NCBI GenBank assembly: GCA_951406725.2
Contig: OX597826.1
Coordinates: forward strand, 20,088,001-20,152,000
Direction of reading: 5' to 3'
DNA from: Octopus vulgaris
Lineage: Eukaryota
DNA length: 64,000 bases
Program-made: the position numbers and the translations under genes
The notes under the pieces: model-generated
What the model was told of the DNA's origin: nothing
The model's input: the letters and a program-made list of their open reading frames with translations, nothing else
The model's database searches: none
In this document: piece by piece, positions 27,445 through 41,569 of the stretch
How the letters are laid out: each line of letters opens with the position of its first letter
How positions within the stretch are numbered: the stretch's first letter is position 1

Positions 27445-27816
27445 CACACATATATAATTTTATTATTATTAATATAAATATCAATATATATTATATTTAT
27501 CCTGAAGAATATATATTCTTTTCGTCATATGTTATTTATGAATTTTTATCTGCCTTTTCATTGTACATAATTTACAAATTTTAAAATCATATAGGTATGA
27601 AAGTATGTAAACAAATAATCAATATAAGACATAATTTATAAAACAAAGTTCAATAAATTTCGTCAGAGAAATGAAATGAAGTAGATTGGATGTTAAAATG
27701 GATTATCTTTTATTTCATACTCCCAAACAATTGTTTCTGACAAAATGACCAAGATTTCCACAATGAGAGAATATCACAAAGGTTGAATTTGTACTCGTCA
27801 GTAGGTGAGATTTAAA

Positions 27817-28047
27817 GGAAAATAAACAAAAAGACTTTTAAAATATACATTGAATTTTTTAGGTATTTGTATGTTCATTCTTGCACTTATGGTTATTTGA
27901 ATCCAGACATTGAAGGACTTGGCAGCTTAAATATCTATATATATATATATATATCTAATATTTAATTCAAAGACATATATTTTATATGAATATGCAAATA
28001 CGAAAAAATTCAATGTATATTTTAAAAGTCTTTTTGTTTATTTTCTT
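27817..28047. repeat. Inverted repeat with ~60-bp arms (MITE-like)
   Basis: AAAATAAACAAAAAGACTTTTAAAATATACATTGAATTTTTT versus its reverse complement at about 28003-28045. Confidence 0.75.
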
Positions 28048-28436
28048 TGCGGCTTAAATGTATCCCGACCAGAAAGAATAAAGTGTCAACCTCTATCCAC
28101 ACATTCAAATTCTGAATTCCAAGGCATGATTTTGCATCAATTTGTATCTCTAGGAATATTCTCTGGATGAGAGGAATGGGATTGTTATATTGTTTATATC
28201 TGTTATTTTATGGAACAGTATATAATATGGTGTAATTGGTTCCTAACATTGACATTGCAATAAAGAATTAAACTTTTATACCTCAATTATGGATTCTATA
28301 TCTCATGTCATTTGCAGACAGCTTTATTGTGAGGAGATAAAATATGTGATAACAGTGGCTTCATAGTGGTTTTTGACTGCTATTGACTGGGGTCTGGGAA
28401 GGCAGGAAGCTGCAACAGGCTCCAATCTGATTTCAC

Positions 28437-30422
28437 TTGCTGAAATATTGCTGGTGCGACCTTAACCCCAAATAGCAGTCTTTTGAAATGGTGAGAGACC
28501 TTTATGAATATTGATTGTTAATACTTCAGCACATTCTTCATCTACCAGTAATTGGAGGTAGGCTTCTGACAAATCCAGCTTGGAAAAAAATTTTCCCACC
28601 ATTGCACTTAGCAAATATTTCTTCTGGCCTCAGAGGTGGATAATTGTAATCTTTTAAACAATCATTAAGACCAGTTGAGAAGTCTGCACATACTCTTATT
28701 TCATTGTTCTTCTTTTTTGAATATATACAGTAGGAGCTGCCCACTCAAAGTAGTCTACCTTTTCAATTACCTCCATATATTCCAATCTTTTTAATTCCTT
28801 CTCAAATTGACTTAACGCTGCAAAAGGTACCTCTTTGGTTTGAACACTGGCACTGCATTTTCTTTCAACTCAAACTTTACTTTGTTTTTTTTTACACCTA
28901 CGGATTTCTTTCAAAAACACATCAGGATACATCTTTTTCAATTTAAATTTCAATTTTTCCAATGCTTTCTCTGACACAGACTGTGACATATTCCCCTTAT
29001 TACATAGTGTATTCAGTGGTAGATACCACATGTCGAATTCTTCCCGAAGAATTAAATCTGTCCCAAACAGATTCATTGTATTCTTAGATACCATTAGTTC
29101 ACTTTTCTTTCTGGTGAAATTTCACCCAAGAATTGAACTTTGTTCCCCTGACACACCGTGAGCTATCCTAGTAGTTTTTTTATACGCCGGCCTACCTATC
29201 TTACTCTATGTTGCAATATTTATTATTGATACATCTGAACTGGTATCTAATCGCATTTTGGTCTGAAAACCATTTATTTCTACCATCATAGATTTTGTAT
29301 GGTATAATTTACTTTTGTTGAGTAGACTTTCTTCGGTTTTGCAATTTTCTTCAACCGGCATTTCGTCTGTATATGCTCAATTTTACCACACTTAAAACAT
29401 GTTTTATCTTTAAAGGGGCAATCTTTCCTCAAATGTTGGTCCCCACACCATAGCACCATTTTGAATTTATTTATTTTCTTCTATCAGTATTTTCTTTACA
29501 TGTTTGTACATTATTATTATTGTCTTCTATTTTTCTTGTATCTTCTCGAAGGTTTATTATTTGTTGGCATTCCTCAGCCACTTTCTACAAGATTAGTTTC
29601 ACATCTTCATTCAGCTTTGATAATATTCTTTTTCCAATTTCTGCATCTTCCATTGCCACCAGCCCTTTAACAAATATTAGGCACTTAAACATATCTGGCG
29701 TTAATTCTTCCAGCTTAAACCTTTCGCAAACCTTATTAACCATACCGGCATATGTTACAAAATCGTCGAACTCATTTTTCTTTAAATTTAAACATTCCCA
29801 TTGAATGCTAAACTGCGAACTTTACTCACTAAAAATATTAGTCAAAATATTTATTGTTTCATCAAAACACAATTCCGTAGGCTTTCTCGTTACAAAAACT
29901 TTCATGTTCCGGAGGGACAAGCTTTCACAAAAGGAGCCTTACTTTCCTTTCACTAGACCATTCCTTGCATTCCTCTCGGAATATGTCTTCGTATTGTCTG
30001 TAATATGCAATAAAAGTAGTTCCTTCATCCGGTTTGTAGTGAAATTCTTCGATGGAATTTACAACACCATCTGCTGAAAATGATTCTGTTGTATTTCTTG
30101 ACTGCAGTAACAATTCTCTTAACTTCTGTAGTTGCTGCTCTTGTTGTTTGACAACTGCTTTCAGTAACTCTTCCATTTCGGTGCTATTTGAAACCTCGTT
30201 GCCACTGTTATATCGCATGTTCGGATGGCGTGCCTTCACTAATAACATACCTCTATTCAACTACCGAACTCTCACTTCCGACAACTCGACTCAACAGAAC
30301 TTGACATCTAGTCTACCAATAGCTTCGGCTTGCTCTACACAACACTTCTCGTCTAGCTATCACGTCCACTATTTATATGTATTGGACTAGCCTATTTATC
30401 GTCTGGGGATGTCCATACAACA
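28437..30422 (-). mobile_element. Ty3/Gypsy LTR retrotransposon remnant (5'LTR, PBS, gag, protease, partial RT)
   Basis: LTR TGTTG...TAACA 30422-30206 with TATAAATA; PBS TGGCAACGAGG; CCHC knuckle CFKCGKIEHIQTKC; LDTSSDV protease; WAAP...RVCADFSTGLN...LDLSEAYLQ. Confidence 0.88.
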
Positions 30423-30672
30423 AAAACAATCCCAGACATCTTGCCCCTTTACCAGATAAATCAATTGTGCTAAACACTACAACTCCTTAAAAGTTAGATC
30501 TTATTCAATTGCCTTCGTACCCTCACCCAACATTTAACCTATATTCACAGAATACCCCTAAATTCTGTGTACCTGCCCACCTCCCTTTGTTCTTTAGCTA
30601 GCAAATCCTAAACTCCAAACCTATGCGTAATTGGCTTTATGAATGCATTTATTTTCTTCACTTTTACTTTTT

Positions 30673-31226
30673 GCCAGTGGAGCACTAACAGCTCCATCCA
30701 AGCGGAATCACTGCCAGAGCAGCTGTCTGGAACGTAAAGAGCACCATTTGAGCGTGATCGTTGTCAGCGTCGCCTCACTGGCACATGAACAAAACATTTG
30801 AGCGAGGTCATTGCCAGTGCTGCTGGACTGACTCCTGTGCAGGAGGCACGTAAAAAAACACTATTTACGAGCGTGGCCGTTGCTAGTACCGCCAGACTGG
30901 CCCTTGTGCCGATGGCACTTTAAAAGCACCCACTACACTCTCGAAGTGGTTGGCATTAGGAAGGGCATCCAGCTGTAGAAACTCTGCCAGATCAGATTGG
31001 AGCATGGTGGAGCCATCTGGTTCGCCAGACCTCAGTCAAATCGTCCAACCCATGCTAGCATGAAAAGCAGACGTTAAACGACGATGATGATGATGATGAT
31101 ATATATATATATATATATATGTGATCAGATTGGAGCCTGGTGCAGCCTTCTGGCTTGCCAGCCCTCAGTCAAACCGTCCAACTCATGGCAACATGGAAAG
31201 TGGACGTTAAATGCCGATGATGATGA
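30673..31226 (+). mobile_element. RTE-derived repeat with duplicated 3' tail
   Basis: Same terminal motif twice (ending about 31100 and 31226). Confidence 0.75.
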
Positions 31227-31838
31227 TATACACACACATTTGTATATATTCTTCAACCTAAGCCAAGTGGCAGGAGACATAAGGGTAGACAAAGCATAAA
31301 ATGGTTGGATAATACCCATAGTCTCAGGTAGTCACACTGGGGAATGCAGCCAAAAAGTGTAGTGACAGCTGCTTCTGATAGCATACAATGAAGGCGGTGT
31401 CTGAGGACTCTAACCCTATGACCCTTCCAAAAATAGTGGGTGAAGATGGATGGACGTATCTTATACACTTAGCATTTGTGTGAGTGTGAGTGTTGGTGTG
31501 TGAAGAAATATTTGTAGTGTTTACAGTATTGAGATGTCTACGTGTGTCATATAGTTTTTTTTTGTTTTATTTTATTCAGTGGCACTATATGGAAAAAAAA
31601 AGACGAGACAAAACACAAAAGTACTAGACTTATAAGATTCCTCATTGGTAAGAGGTTCAAGGACTCACTGCTATTTAAAAAGTAACCTGAATAAGAAAGA
31701 GATTTGAAAGAATGGAATGTATTTAGCAAGGAGCAAATGAAACTCAAAACTCCAAATGATTCTTGGAACCCATCAGGATCCTTACAACAACACCAACGTC
31801 AGCAGTATTACCAAAATAAGCAACAATAAAATACTTAC

Positions 31839-31973
31839 TTGCTTTTTTTTTCCTTAGGTTAGACAGCATAATACAATAATGGTTCTGCTTCCAAGAAGAA
31901 ACTACAAAAAGTAAAAACCCAAGGAGATGTAGAAGGTGCAACTTGCTGAGGTGCAATTCTTTAAAAGTGAGTT
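31839..31973 (-). CDS. SRD5A3: Polyprenol reductase, coding exon 4
   Basis: tttcag acceptor, gtaagt donor, phase 1/1, 135 nt; LHLLGFLLFVVSSWKQNHYCIMLSNLRK. Confidence 0.92.
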
Positions 31974-33625
31974 CTGAAACAAAAATTATATCTTATTTTA
32001 AACAGTAGTAAACAATGCAAAGTTAATGGATTTGCATACCATTATAGGAGCATTATTTCCCTTTAGCGGAACTGTTATCCAGTTATGCATAATTTGGTTA
32101 GTTCAACCAACTACCTTGCATTTTTTTAATACTCTCATGTGCATCCATTCTGTAACATGCCTTTTAATGCTGTGAAATGCCTTCTACTCAACACCTAGTC
32201 TTGCAAACTCAGTCTCCAATGCACAGATTTCATTGGGGAATACTGCATCAGATTCTGCAATTGGCGTTGTTTCACAGTGCTTCCAGCAGTTACACTGGAA
32301 CACCATTTTTTGCATACTTCATTCTTCCTGCATCTAATCTTTCAGCTTCTGCAAGTGCAGAAGAGGCACTGCACTGCTCTTGCAGACTTAAAACATTTTT
32401 GCCTCTGCAAACGACTTACCACTCTTGCAGGCAAAGTCTTGGCACAGCTAATGTCTCAGCAGCCAACATTGCACTCTCATATGCTTTGACTTCCAGTGAT
32501 TTCCAGTTTCCTGGACAGTTGCTATCACATTTCTATGTCAGGTTTTGCTTGCTTTGTCTCAAGGAGACCACCTTTCAGAGCAGCAGGCTACAAACAACTT
32601 CTTTCATAGTGTTTTCTCCTTTATTTTAATCGCCCTTTCAGTCTGAGCTGGTATGTAGGAGCACTATTTTCCGTTGGTGGAACTGTTATCCAGCTATGCT
32701 CGATTTGGTTGGTTCAGGCAACTGCGTGGCATCATGCATAGATACACACTGCTGTCAGTCACTTAGACATGGGAAGTTTCCTAGCAATCCCAGCCAAGCC
32801 TCCAAGAAAGTCCAACGTAATTTGTCATGTCGCTGTCAGAGCTCAACTCTACCATGTGGACAATATCGAAGGAAGAAACATTCTAAAACTAAATAACTAA
32901 TTATGGACTGTTCGAACATTTATCCCATTCACATTTTAACAGTAAGTGTTACATGTTATTTATGCTGAATACACCTTCCTCTAGATTTGTGACCCTATAA
33001 CGAGTAGCTCAAACTTTTCTTTTGCTCACTTAGGATACTGTTATACCATACCTTTGAATGCTATACCCTGTATGCTGTCAAGCAAACTTTGATTTAATGC
33101 TATCATCATTTCCTCTTATAATAAATTACTATGTTCTATTAAGTCTTCTGCTGTTCTAAAAAGTCAGAGGTTATTTCAATTCCAAATTTGAGCCTATTTC
33201 TGCTTTTTTTTAAGCAATTTTAAATATGTTTTAAAATGTATTCTTACTACAAGAAGCATAATTTTATTTAGATTTGAAATTTTTTTAAAGGAATAACTAT
33301 AATAGATATTTCTTTTCTTTAACAATGTATGAATTAACTGTTTTTGTAAATTTTTCATTCATGAAGTAGACTTTAGCTAGGGTAACAAAATGAAAGAAAG
33401 TTTCTTGCTGAAGGTCACAACACACAACCCAGTCTGAGAATTGAACTCACTACCTCATGATTGTGAACCCAACGCTCTAATCACTGAGTCATGTACATTT
33501 TACCCTTATCCTGTGCATGTGTGTGTGTGTGTGTGGTGTGTGGTGTGGTGTGTGTATGTATAGCATGTGTGTGTGTGTTGTTTGTTTTTTCAAATTAAGA
33601 CAATGAAACGTAAGAAAAACTTAAC

Positions 33626-33826
33626 TGGTATTGTTGCAAATGACAGCCGATTCCAGTGTCGGGATGGCAGATAATGAAAAGTAGTGAATAAAGCCTGCAA
33701 TATAGTGAAGTATGGAAATAGTTGCTGAGGAATAGATGCTGACACTTCTACTCTCAATATAGCGTCTACAGGTGTGCACAGTAATGCAAGACAATACTAG
33801 AACTGATGTAAAGTTGTCAATCGGCC
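33626..33826 (-). CDS. SRD5A3: Polyprenol reductase, coding exon 3
   Basis: ttgcag acceptor, gttaag donor, phase 1/1, 201 nt; VHTCRRYIESRSVSIYS...ILHYIAGFIHY. Confidence 0.9.
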
Positions 33827-35849
33827 CTGCAAAGGTAAAAAAAAAGCATAAGTACAACAGAACTCAATGTATGAAAAAATAATGCAAAAGAATAACATGC
33901 AGGCTGTGAATTGACAGATTTGTTAGTTTGTATCTCTGCACTCTGAGTTCAAATCCTACCAAAGTCAACTTTGCATTTCATTTTTAAATAGTTGATAAAT
34001 AAAGTATCTACTACTCATAGAGATAAACAGAATTGTTAGAGCCTTAAATGAGATACAATATGCTATCTGTTGCAACTCTTTGTTCAAATTTCATCTCCTA
34101 TCATCAACCTACTCATGGTGGGGACAAATCCTTTGGGATCTGGCTAATTGTAACAGACTTCCAATGTCAGATGAAGTGATGCATGATTATGCAAAGATGC
34201 AAATGCAGATCTTGCAATAGAAGCAGAACAATTGCTAAGACAAAATAAAATTCACAAGATTATGGACCGAGTCTTTAGTACAACTCAACTATTAACCTAA
34301 TTTTAGGTGATCAGATGCACTCCCATCGTGCTATAGAAAATAATACAAACCAGGATGGTTTTCACAACATTCCACTTAGTCTATATTTACAGGATAATGA
34401 GTCTCAACCTTCCCCTGTAAACATATCAACTGAAGGTAGTTTTCTAAGCATTATGAGCAACACAAATGCCCACTAGAATAATAATGAACACTGGGACATA
34501 TCCTCACAAAATATAAAATAGCCATGGCAAAAGTGGTTTCCTTTTGTTTTATTTACGTAGATAAAATTACCTACAGAGACATTAAGATAAATGCTAATAT
34601 ATGGATGGAAACATCACAATACACAATTAATAAAAACTACAGGAAAATAACCAAAAGAGTAGAACAGAAGACAGAAAAACCTGATAATGCATTCCTTTTT
34701 CAACTGTACTTGTGAGTAACTGTTTATATTATGACAGAAACTGCTGCATTATGTTCACAGATACACTAATCTAGTGACTGAAATACATATTTTTTTTTTA
34801 CAGATGATGAAACTAATAAAAATCATACATTCTTCACTAAACTAGGATTATATGTCTTCTATGTAAGACTGCAGGTTTTGCAATAAAGACAAATTGATTA
34901 TTAAATAAATACTTCAGTTGATCGGCTACAGTCAAGTTACAAATTTGCTCCAAATAGAGTTGAAACGGCTATCCACTAGTAGTAAAACTTCAACTGCCCT
35001 GTCCACTTGATTTAGAATTAGCAGCCAAATTTGCCTTGAAGCAATTCCCACTATCTGGATAAGGAGAAAACTTTTTAAAATTTCAGAATACAGTAAACTG
35101 GAAGTACGCCTTTTTACTTGCAACTCTCAGCACCAACAAGAACTTGTTGCCTGTACATAGCACTACAATGACAAAACAAAACTAAAACAAAAGTATTATG
35201 CACAAAATACACAACAACCAAAGTAACTAATGAACACCATGTAATACAAAAAATTGAACATAAAAACAGTTTAAAAATTACTTTTATTTCCCATTACATA
35301 AATAAAATAATGCATAGGTACTACAACACTCAATACATGATTATAAGGAGAGCAAGAGAGTAGGATAGAAATGGAAGCATTCAAAATGAAAACCAACACT
35401 ACCATCCTATCAGGAGTTACTAAATTATTTTAATACTGAGAGACTTCAATACAGGCAACACCACCTGGCACAAAATCAACACAGGCAAGAGACAAGAAGT
35501 ATCACATCTAAAGTCCTTTTCTATCCTAAATGACCAACACACCTTCATATCTCAACAAACTTAAGTCAAGCAAATAAGGAAATTTCTACATAGTTGTTTC
35601 ACCTGCAAGAAATAGCTGCCAATTCCCCCATTAAATTATATCCTACAATTTTGAAAGCAGAAAGGATACACTGGATAATGTTATCTAAGATATACAAAAC
35701 ATAGTACAGTCATGAGTGGACACCTTTGATTATAGATTTGCTCATTCACATACCAAGTATCACGACCAAATGGCAAAGAATATCCCAACTTTCTGCTAAT
35801 CACCTGCCAATCATTATCACCAAATACTCATCAATGAATAAAACATTTT

Positions 35850-36660
35850 AAATACTTCAAAAAAATTCAGTTGAATCACTTAAACCAACAAACAATATTC
35901 AGGTTTTTGGAATTCCTCTACTCCAAAATCAGAAACACAGATTCTGCAGTACATACGTTTAACAAAATAATTGGAAAAGCATCCAAGATATATAATCCAC
36001 AAAAAGACAAAAGAACGATACTAATAACAAAGTTAAAACAACCAATCTAACAGAAATAGAAACAACCTCAAAACACATCAAAACAGACCAAAAAGGAAAT
36101 TAAACATATTAGATTAATAAACATTTGTATTCGTTATAAACTACAAATGAAGTTGTAAAACACTACTGAGAATAATTAGCAGGATGAAGAACACTCTCAG
36201 CAGACCACATGTACAATGTGGCATAGCCACATTTCAACAGTAACCAAACTTCTTTACCAAAAGACTTCCTTAAATAGTCACCAAGAACACTACATGTATG
36301 AAATGAATTTCGTGCTTAGAGCAGGACCTTAACACTTTATTCCATTATATATCAGAAATATAGCAGAAGATTGCAAGGGCCTGACAAAAATCACATAAAT
36401 AGATATAAAATACTTAGGATCTGAAGAAATTATTGCACTCACTAGCATCATCAACTCCTCATCAACACTATTAAATTTGCTCTGAAAATTGAGCAAGTGT
36501 AACCAAAGTAACATCACCTACACATACTCATCTCAACTGCCTGTGAACAATAGCCTCACTACTCTTTAAACCATTCTAGAAAGGTTCATTCTTGACAATA
36601 CTAAACAATGCATTCTTTTCCTAACAACATAGCTTCAGAACATTATCTTCATCCACCACA
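35850..36660 (-). mobile_element. Highly decayed CR1/L2-like LINE fragment
   Basis: YFISIYVIFVRP.....S post-RT-like motif; weak. Confidence 0.4.
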
Positions 36661-37469
36661 CTAATCAAAAATCCCATACAAAGAATGAATGAATGAATAA
36701 ATGAAATAAGGAAGGAAGGAAGGAATGCGAAGGAAGGGAGAGAGGGAGGAAAGAGAAAGAAAGAAAGAAAGATAAACAAAAGATATACAATTAAACTGAT
36801 TCATACCTACTAAAAACAGCACCAAATGCAAGTTGGAAAACCATCTACTTTCACATCACCAAATTTTATAAAATTACCAGCTTAAAAGCCACCGTATCAG
36901 GCAGCTTTTAAGCTAGCTCCTATGGAGGGCTCTTCATGGGGCCTTGGGCCCAACTATGACACTTCATGCATTGAGTACATATGAAATTTTACTAAACTTG
37001 ACCAATATTTTCCAAGCAATGAACAATTTTTATCAAAACAATGATAGAATTTGTCAACTTGGAACTTATTGTAAAGCTGCATGATAAACATTTTCTGTCT
37101 TCCCATTTGGGGGTCAGTACAATTTTTTTCTATCTAACCTCTTCCTTTCTCTCTCTCTTTCTGTTGATTGTTTTCAACTATCATCATCACCAGTACCACC
37201 ATCGCCATCACAACTACCATACACACCATTCAGACTTCTGATGCCATCACCATCAATACCTTTGACTTCACCGCCTTCCTCTCCATCACCGTCACCATTG
37301 TCTTTCACTTCGCTTACTATCACTGTCAACCCTAACTGCCTCATCTACTAACACCACCATCATCATCACCACCATCGCCTCCTCCTCTATCACAATTACA
37401 GCTCATACTATTGCTAACATCTCATTACCATCACAACCACCAATCCATTACTGCCCCCACCATCTCGAT

Positions 37470-37709
37470 AACTTCCTACGTGTGAAATGCTTAAAAAACC
37501 AAGACGATGCCAAACATGCTTTCAACAACTTCATCACCACCAGAACGCAGGATTTTTATGCTACTAGCATAAATAAACTTGTTTCGGGTTGGCAAAAGTG
37601 TGCTGATTCTAATGGTGTTTATTTCAATTAATAAAGTTTTGTTTGAGCCGAGATATGTGCATCTGAATTTAAAGGTTAAAAACTGCAAGAACTTTCTTGA
37701 CAACCTAAT
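37470..37709 (+). mobile_element. mariner 3' fragment (Hsmar1/cecropia-like)
   Basis: FYATSINKLVSGWQKCADSNGVYFN* followed by TIR ...CTTGACAACCTAATA. Confidence 0.75.
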
Positions 37710-38274
37710 AGAAGTGTCATTGAATAGTGAGAGAGGAGGTCAAAGTGTGATACACTGACACACAGAAATTTGTTTTGGCATTTATCATTATAGAAGAATA
37801 AGTTGAAGCATAGCTGTATAGCTAAGGTTACTCAACAACTACATGAGTTTGTGGTGTAATCCAACTGTACATCTTGGGCAATTGTCTTCTACAGCCTGAG
37901 GCTGTAGTAGAAGATTACCCAAAATCTCGTAAGTGAAATTTGACAGACAGACATTGTGCATAAAACCAACATATATGTATATGTTAATTTGTGTGTGTGA
38001 GTGTGTGAACTAGTGTAAAATTTAGTTGTTCAATAAGTAAAATCAATAAATAAGTTTTATCCTTGAAAATAAGTAAAGAGGCAATATATGGTGGTTACAA
38101 CATGGTTGTGGTGTAAGTGATTCACAATAACAGATTTAGGATATGTAATTTCTCAAATGGATTTCTTCTTTGCACACAGCCTTGTATAGCACAGCAGTCA
38201 TATGTGATTGCAAGTGATGGCCAGAGTGTAGTATATATACAAGAGGAAGTAAAAAATGATCTGCAATTACAACC

Positions 38275-39830
38275 AAAACAAAAATTGTTGTTGACTCTCT
38301 TTACCAACTATATCTTTGAATATATAGCTTGTACAGCCTTTACATTGAACTACGCCTATTTTCCTCAGTGACCACCAAATTACTGGTACTCTGTCAAAAG
38401 CTTTCTCCAGATCAATGGCAGTCAGGAATAGAGGTTTACTCTTGGCCAAGTATTTTCCCTGCTACTGCTTCTTTCAAGGACAAAACCAAATTGTATCACA
38501 TGAAGCTTTACTGTCACCATAGTTTGAATGGTACTTAATAGTGTGCTATGACTCTCTCTGTGGCCTTCATAACCCGATCTAGTAGTTTGATACCTCTATA
38601 GTCGTTTCTTTTTTATCTTTACAGCAGCTTAGGATATTGTCATGCCAGTCATTGGGTATGACCGCCTCTCGTATGGCTTGATTAACTATCTGGATAGTAA
38701 CTATTATGCTACCTCACCAGATATTTAGTATATCTCTGCAGCTATCCCTGATGAACACACAGCTTTCCTTTTCTTCACATCCTTGATTGCTTTCTCTTAC
38801 CACGTTGTTGTCACCTTGAATTGCTCGTCCTCCTGTAAGGTCAAAATTAGGTAGCACCTCTTTGATCCCATGCATCCTTCCTGTTCAGTAGCCTTTCATA
38901 ACAGCACTTCCAAGCTACTTCCTTGTCTTCCATGTCAATGGTGAGGATAGCTTCAGAATTCTGAATACATTTCCATTTTCTCTCATAACTTGTCTTGCAA
39001 TCGTGAACACTTCATGCCTCTGATCCTCACACTGCAGAACAAGTGTACATCTCATCCTTTCTGCCTCACCTTCAGTCACGTATACCTATCATTTAGCTAC
39101 CTTTATAGCATTAGGTAACGCTTTCTTCTACCATCTTCCTTCTATGTTTTCCAAACCTGCCTCCATTTACATGTCTGATTTGTAGCCTTATTCACGTTAT
39201 TTCAGAGAAATTCCCAGTTGCCATCTATGCTACAAGTTTTCTTCCCAACAGTCACATGCATCAATTAAAATTCTTCTAAATCTATTCCCAATTCTGGGTC
39301 TTTTAGATTCTATATCTTCCTTCTCCAAGTCACCTGTGTCTGCCCCATTCCGACTCTGAAGTCACTATCCTGTAATCTATATTAGGAGGTGCATTCTTCA
39401 CCAGGAAAGGTTTTGGTATTTGCGGAATTACAACCTGTGTTTCGTGGTTTGCTACCACAACAGCTCCTTTATAAGATCCAGTTAGCTCAAGACATCATCA
39501 GGAGGAACCACGTCTGGTTTCAGCCCCTACTCCTCTACCATTTTGACGTGGCGGGGCCCCCCCTTTCGGAGGTGTGTTCAGCTCTGGTGTTGGGTACATG
39601 TCTTCTTTCTTCTTCTTTCTTCTCTTCCCTGGCCTCTTCAGCGATGTATCGTCAGCGAGTGTCAGCCGGTGACTGACTATCTTGTCAAATTTTCCTTTAA
39701 ATACCTGCCGCATAGGCTCCAGCAGGCAGCCCCAGCAAGTTGTCATGTGACACTGTCTCACCTTAACTGACTAGTGAAGCTGTTTCCTGGTGTGAGTGTA
39801 ATCTAATGCAGAAGAATTTCTACTGTTTTT
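38275..39830 (-). mobile_element. Degenerate RTE LINE interrupted by a GC-rich insert (about 39425-39775)
   Basis: FPGEEC; YRGIKLLD; AKSKPLFLTAIDLEKAFDRVP. Confidence 0.75.
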
Positions 39831-40674
39831 TGTTGCCTGTGAGTAGTTTGGATGAGGATCCCTTCCATCTTACCTCCTCTACATAACATAAATTTACTCA
39901 TCTCCTCTGCAACATTTCCACCCTTTTAACAGACCTACCATTCCTCATTTCTACACTTACAGTTAAAGCACTAAAGTTTTAGAACTTACAAGAAGAAGGG
40001 ATGTGATTTCAGTGGTAAAGCTGCTTAGTTGTTGGTACATTAAAGTCTGGCAGCATCAGTATGTGGGGTAAGAAAAAAAAAGTTGGCAGATTTACACACA
40101 TGATAAATTTTATCCATTTCATTAAATTTGCCATCATTCCTTCTCCAACACTTGATCATATGCTATGATAAGTACCATTCAAACTATTATCCCTGAAAGA
40201 ATAAATATATACAGATTTCTAGTGTTGTTAATGAATACCTTGTTATGTGTGTTTGTTATGACTTACATTTTTTTTTAATTTAATATATGAATGAGTGAGC
40301 AGTGGAGTGTGGAGTCATAGAGAGTAGGGGGTTGGGGTTTGTTACTGATTAGTCAAGGGAAGTGAGGGAAAAACAAACTTCTGGTGTACATGGTGGGGTG
40401 GGTAAGGGTAGGAACATCATGAATAAACAAGCCTTGAGTTTGTGTGTATGAGTGTGTGTGTGTGTGTGTGTCTGTCTGTGTATAACCTTGTTTTGACTTT
40501 ATGTGATGGCTGTAAATAAGCATCATCATTATACAAGCAATGTTACTTGTTTCCATCTGTCTGTGAAAAACGTCTGGCCTAGGGATTGGCAACAATAAGA
40601 GTAATCAACCATAGAAAAGCTGTCTCAACAAATTGTCTGACAAATGCCAGCATGAAAACACAGATGTTAAACGA

Positions 40675-40708
<34 letters not shown>

Positions 40709-41196
40709 GGTAATGGCTTTGACATATTGCCACTCCTACTATTAGGAATCTATTGAATTATGACTGTCCTGTCAAAAACCCAATAATCAATGACATTATT
40801 TACAATATGTAGCATATAAAATTTATAAGTACACCCCTCAAATACATTTGTATATTTACACACCACACCTCGTCAAATAACTGAGCCTCTCCACAACTGT
40901 TCACTTTCACTAAGATGGTAGAGATAATCGCAGCCAAAACTCTCTGCAGTTATGCCTGTCACCTTAGAAAGAAACACATCAAATAAGTTGTCCTCTGCCC
41001 CAATAAAAGACATGATGCCAATGTCAGATATTTTAAATCTTATGTTTACTTGATCAGAGCCTCCATGGGGAGTAAAGAACAACCAGCAATGGACCATAGG
41101 CCAGCAGGATCAGTGCAGACTAGGGCTATATAACAACAGTAAACTCATTTTCAAACACAAATACATTGATAGGTATATTACAAATATCTTTCTTAC

Positions 41197-41324
41197 CTGA
41201 CCATGAAGAGCAGCCTAATAATGCAGTTGGTGAAGTGAAAGGTTGTATAAAAGATGATGACAGCACAATACATAGCATTATTCCACTGTTGCACATACCA
41301 AACAGATAAAAATGTTTGAAAAAG
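41197..41324 (-). CDS. SRD5A3: Polyprenol reductase, coding exon 2
   Basis: tcatag acceptor, gtaaga donor, phase 2/1, 128 nt; FFKHFY completes the PKRFFKHFY motif. Confidence 0.9.
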
Positions 41325-41569
41325 CTATGAAAAAAAATATAACAACATAAAATAAATAACATTTTAAAGCATTTACATTTTACAGAGTAAAATAACAGTA
41401 ATACTATTTTTCAGGACTTGAGCAATATTGTAATTCATGGAGCAATAATGTTTCTGTAATTAACTGGGCACATGCACAAGCCCTTTGCATTTGGGCAAAC
41501 ATTTGCATGAACCTTCTTTTCAAATGCTACACACTTGGTTTTCCCAAACAATCCACAACCTTAAAACAG

